Notes under the pieces: model-generated
The model's input: only the letters and a program-made list of their open reading frames with translations
Database searches by the model: none
Told to the model about the DNA's origin: nothing
Made by a program: the position numbers and the translations under genes
Shown here: in pieces, positions 63,501 to 64,000 of the stretch
Layout of the letters: the number at the start of each line of letters is the position of its first letter
Position numbering within the stretch: the first letter of the stretch is position 1
Origin: Isurus oxyrinchus
Taxonomy: Eukaryota
Reading direction: 5' to 3'
Assembly: GCA_026770705.1 (NCBI GenBank)
Contig: JANJGN010000039.1
Location: 10,230,001-10,294,000, forward strand
Length of the DNA stretch: 64,000 nt

Positions 63501-64000
63501 GCCCCACTCTCTATACCCAGCCTATCTCTCCATCCCGGGAACCACACTCTAACCCTGGACCATCTATCTGAGCCCCGGCACTGCTCTGTATTGCCCGCTC
63601 CACTGTCTTTACCGAGCTCCACTGACTAACGCTCTGGCCCTACTCTCTATACCCGACCCCAAACTCTATCAGCGCCCCCACTTTCTGTCACCAGCTCCAT
63701 TCTCTTTCCCCAGCCGTTCGAAGGCTCCGCTCTCTATCCCCAGCTCCACTCCCCATCCCCATCCCTACACTCTATATCCGACCCCACTCTCTATACCCGC
63801 ATCTCCGTCTCTCCCTGTCTCCACTCTCTTTCTCCGGCCCCACTCAACCCCTGGCCTCACGCTCAATGCCCGGATCCAATCTTTATATTCGGCCCAGCTC
63901 TCTATCCTCAGCTCCACTATGTAGCCCCACACTAAATTTCTAAACCGCCCGCCCCACTCTCTCTTCAGCCTTACACTTATACTCAGCACCACGCTCTGTA
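51545..64000. repeat. 19-bp C-rich satellite (ATCCCCGGCCCCACTCTCT), degenerate, with higher-order blocks; runs off the window end
   Basis: CTCTCTATCCCCGGCCCCA recurs throughout. Interrupted by a CR1 at 53992-55960. Confidence 0.95.
53992..55960 (-). mobile_element. 5'-truncated CR1 LINE (~2 kb) inserted in the 19-bp satellite
   Basis: Consecutive ORF2 pieces: RIKENPKAFYTYV; DKSPVPDGIYPRVLRE; GRSCLSKLIDFFEEVT..YMDFTKAFDKVPH; WQMEFNPDKCEVMHFGR; LVRTHLEYCMQFWSP; FFIQRVVSVWNSLP. 3' tail (ttctttg)n at ~53995-54010. Confidence 0.97.

Noticed and set aside
49264-63992. Many long Pro/Ser/Leu/His-rich ORFs (e.g. 50554..51684, 60358..61236)
   Set aside because: Read-through of stop-poor C/T-rich satellite, open in several frames at once.

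Overview
Eukaryotic, repeat-saturated vertebrate DNA, most likely from a shark (cartilaginous fish), judged from the CR1, CR1/L2-like, RTE, Penelope-like and SINE fragments, the 33-bp satellite and the GPR139-like receptor type. No intact single-ORF gene, RNA gene or CRISPR array is supported, and nearly all long ORFs in the track are satellite or LINE read-through. Main contents: (1) a two-exon GPR139-like GPCR pseudogene (+, 2698-4379). (2) A previously unannotated-looking, multi-exon minus-strand gene remnant (about 15115 to 6597). It has an internally deleted uromodulin/GP2/OIT3-type D8C exon, five tandem Ser/Thr/Pro/Glu stalk-exon cassettes buried in a 23-bp minisatellite, and four still-open, phase-compatible 3' exons encoding a Cys-containing tail, with no ZP domain seen. 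(3) A ~31-kb imperfect palindrome (about 17500-48800) whose right arm is expanded into four ~5-6.5-kb tandem units, each starting with a 33-bp satellite array. (4) About 15 kb of strongly C-rich low-complexity and 19-bp satellite DNA with higher-order structure and a 2-kb CR1 insertion. Splice-site coordinates were counted base by base. Repeat boundaries are approximate (by eye), and family names come from recognised motifs, not database searches.
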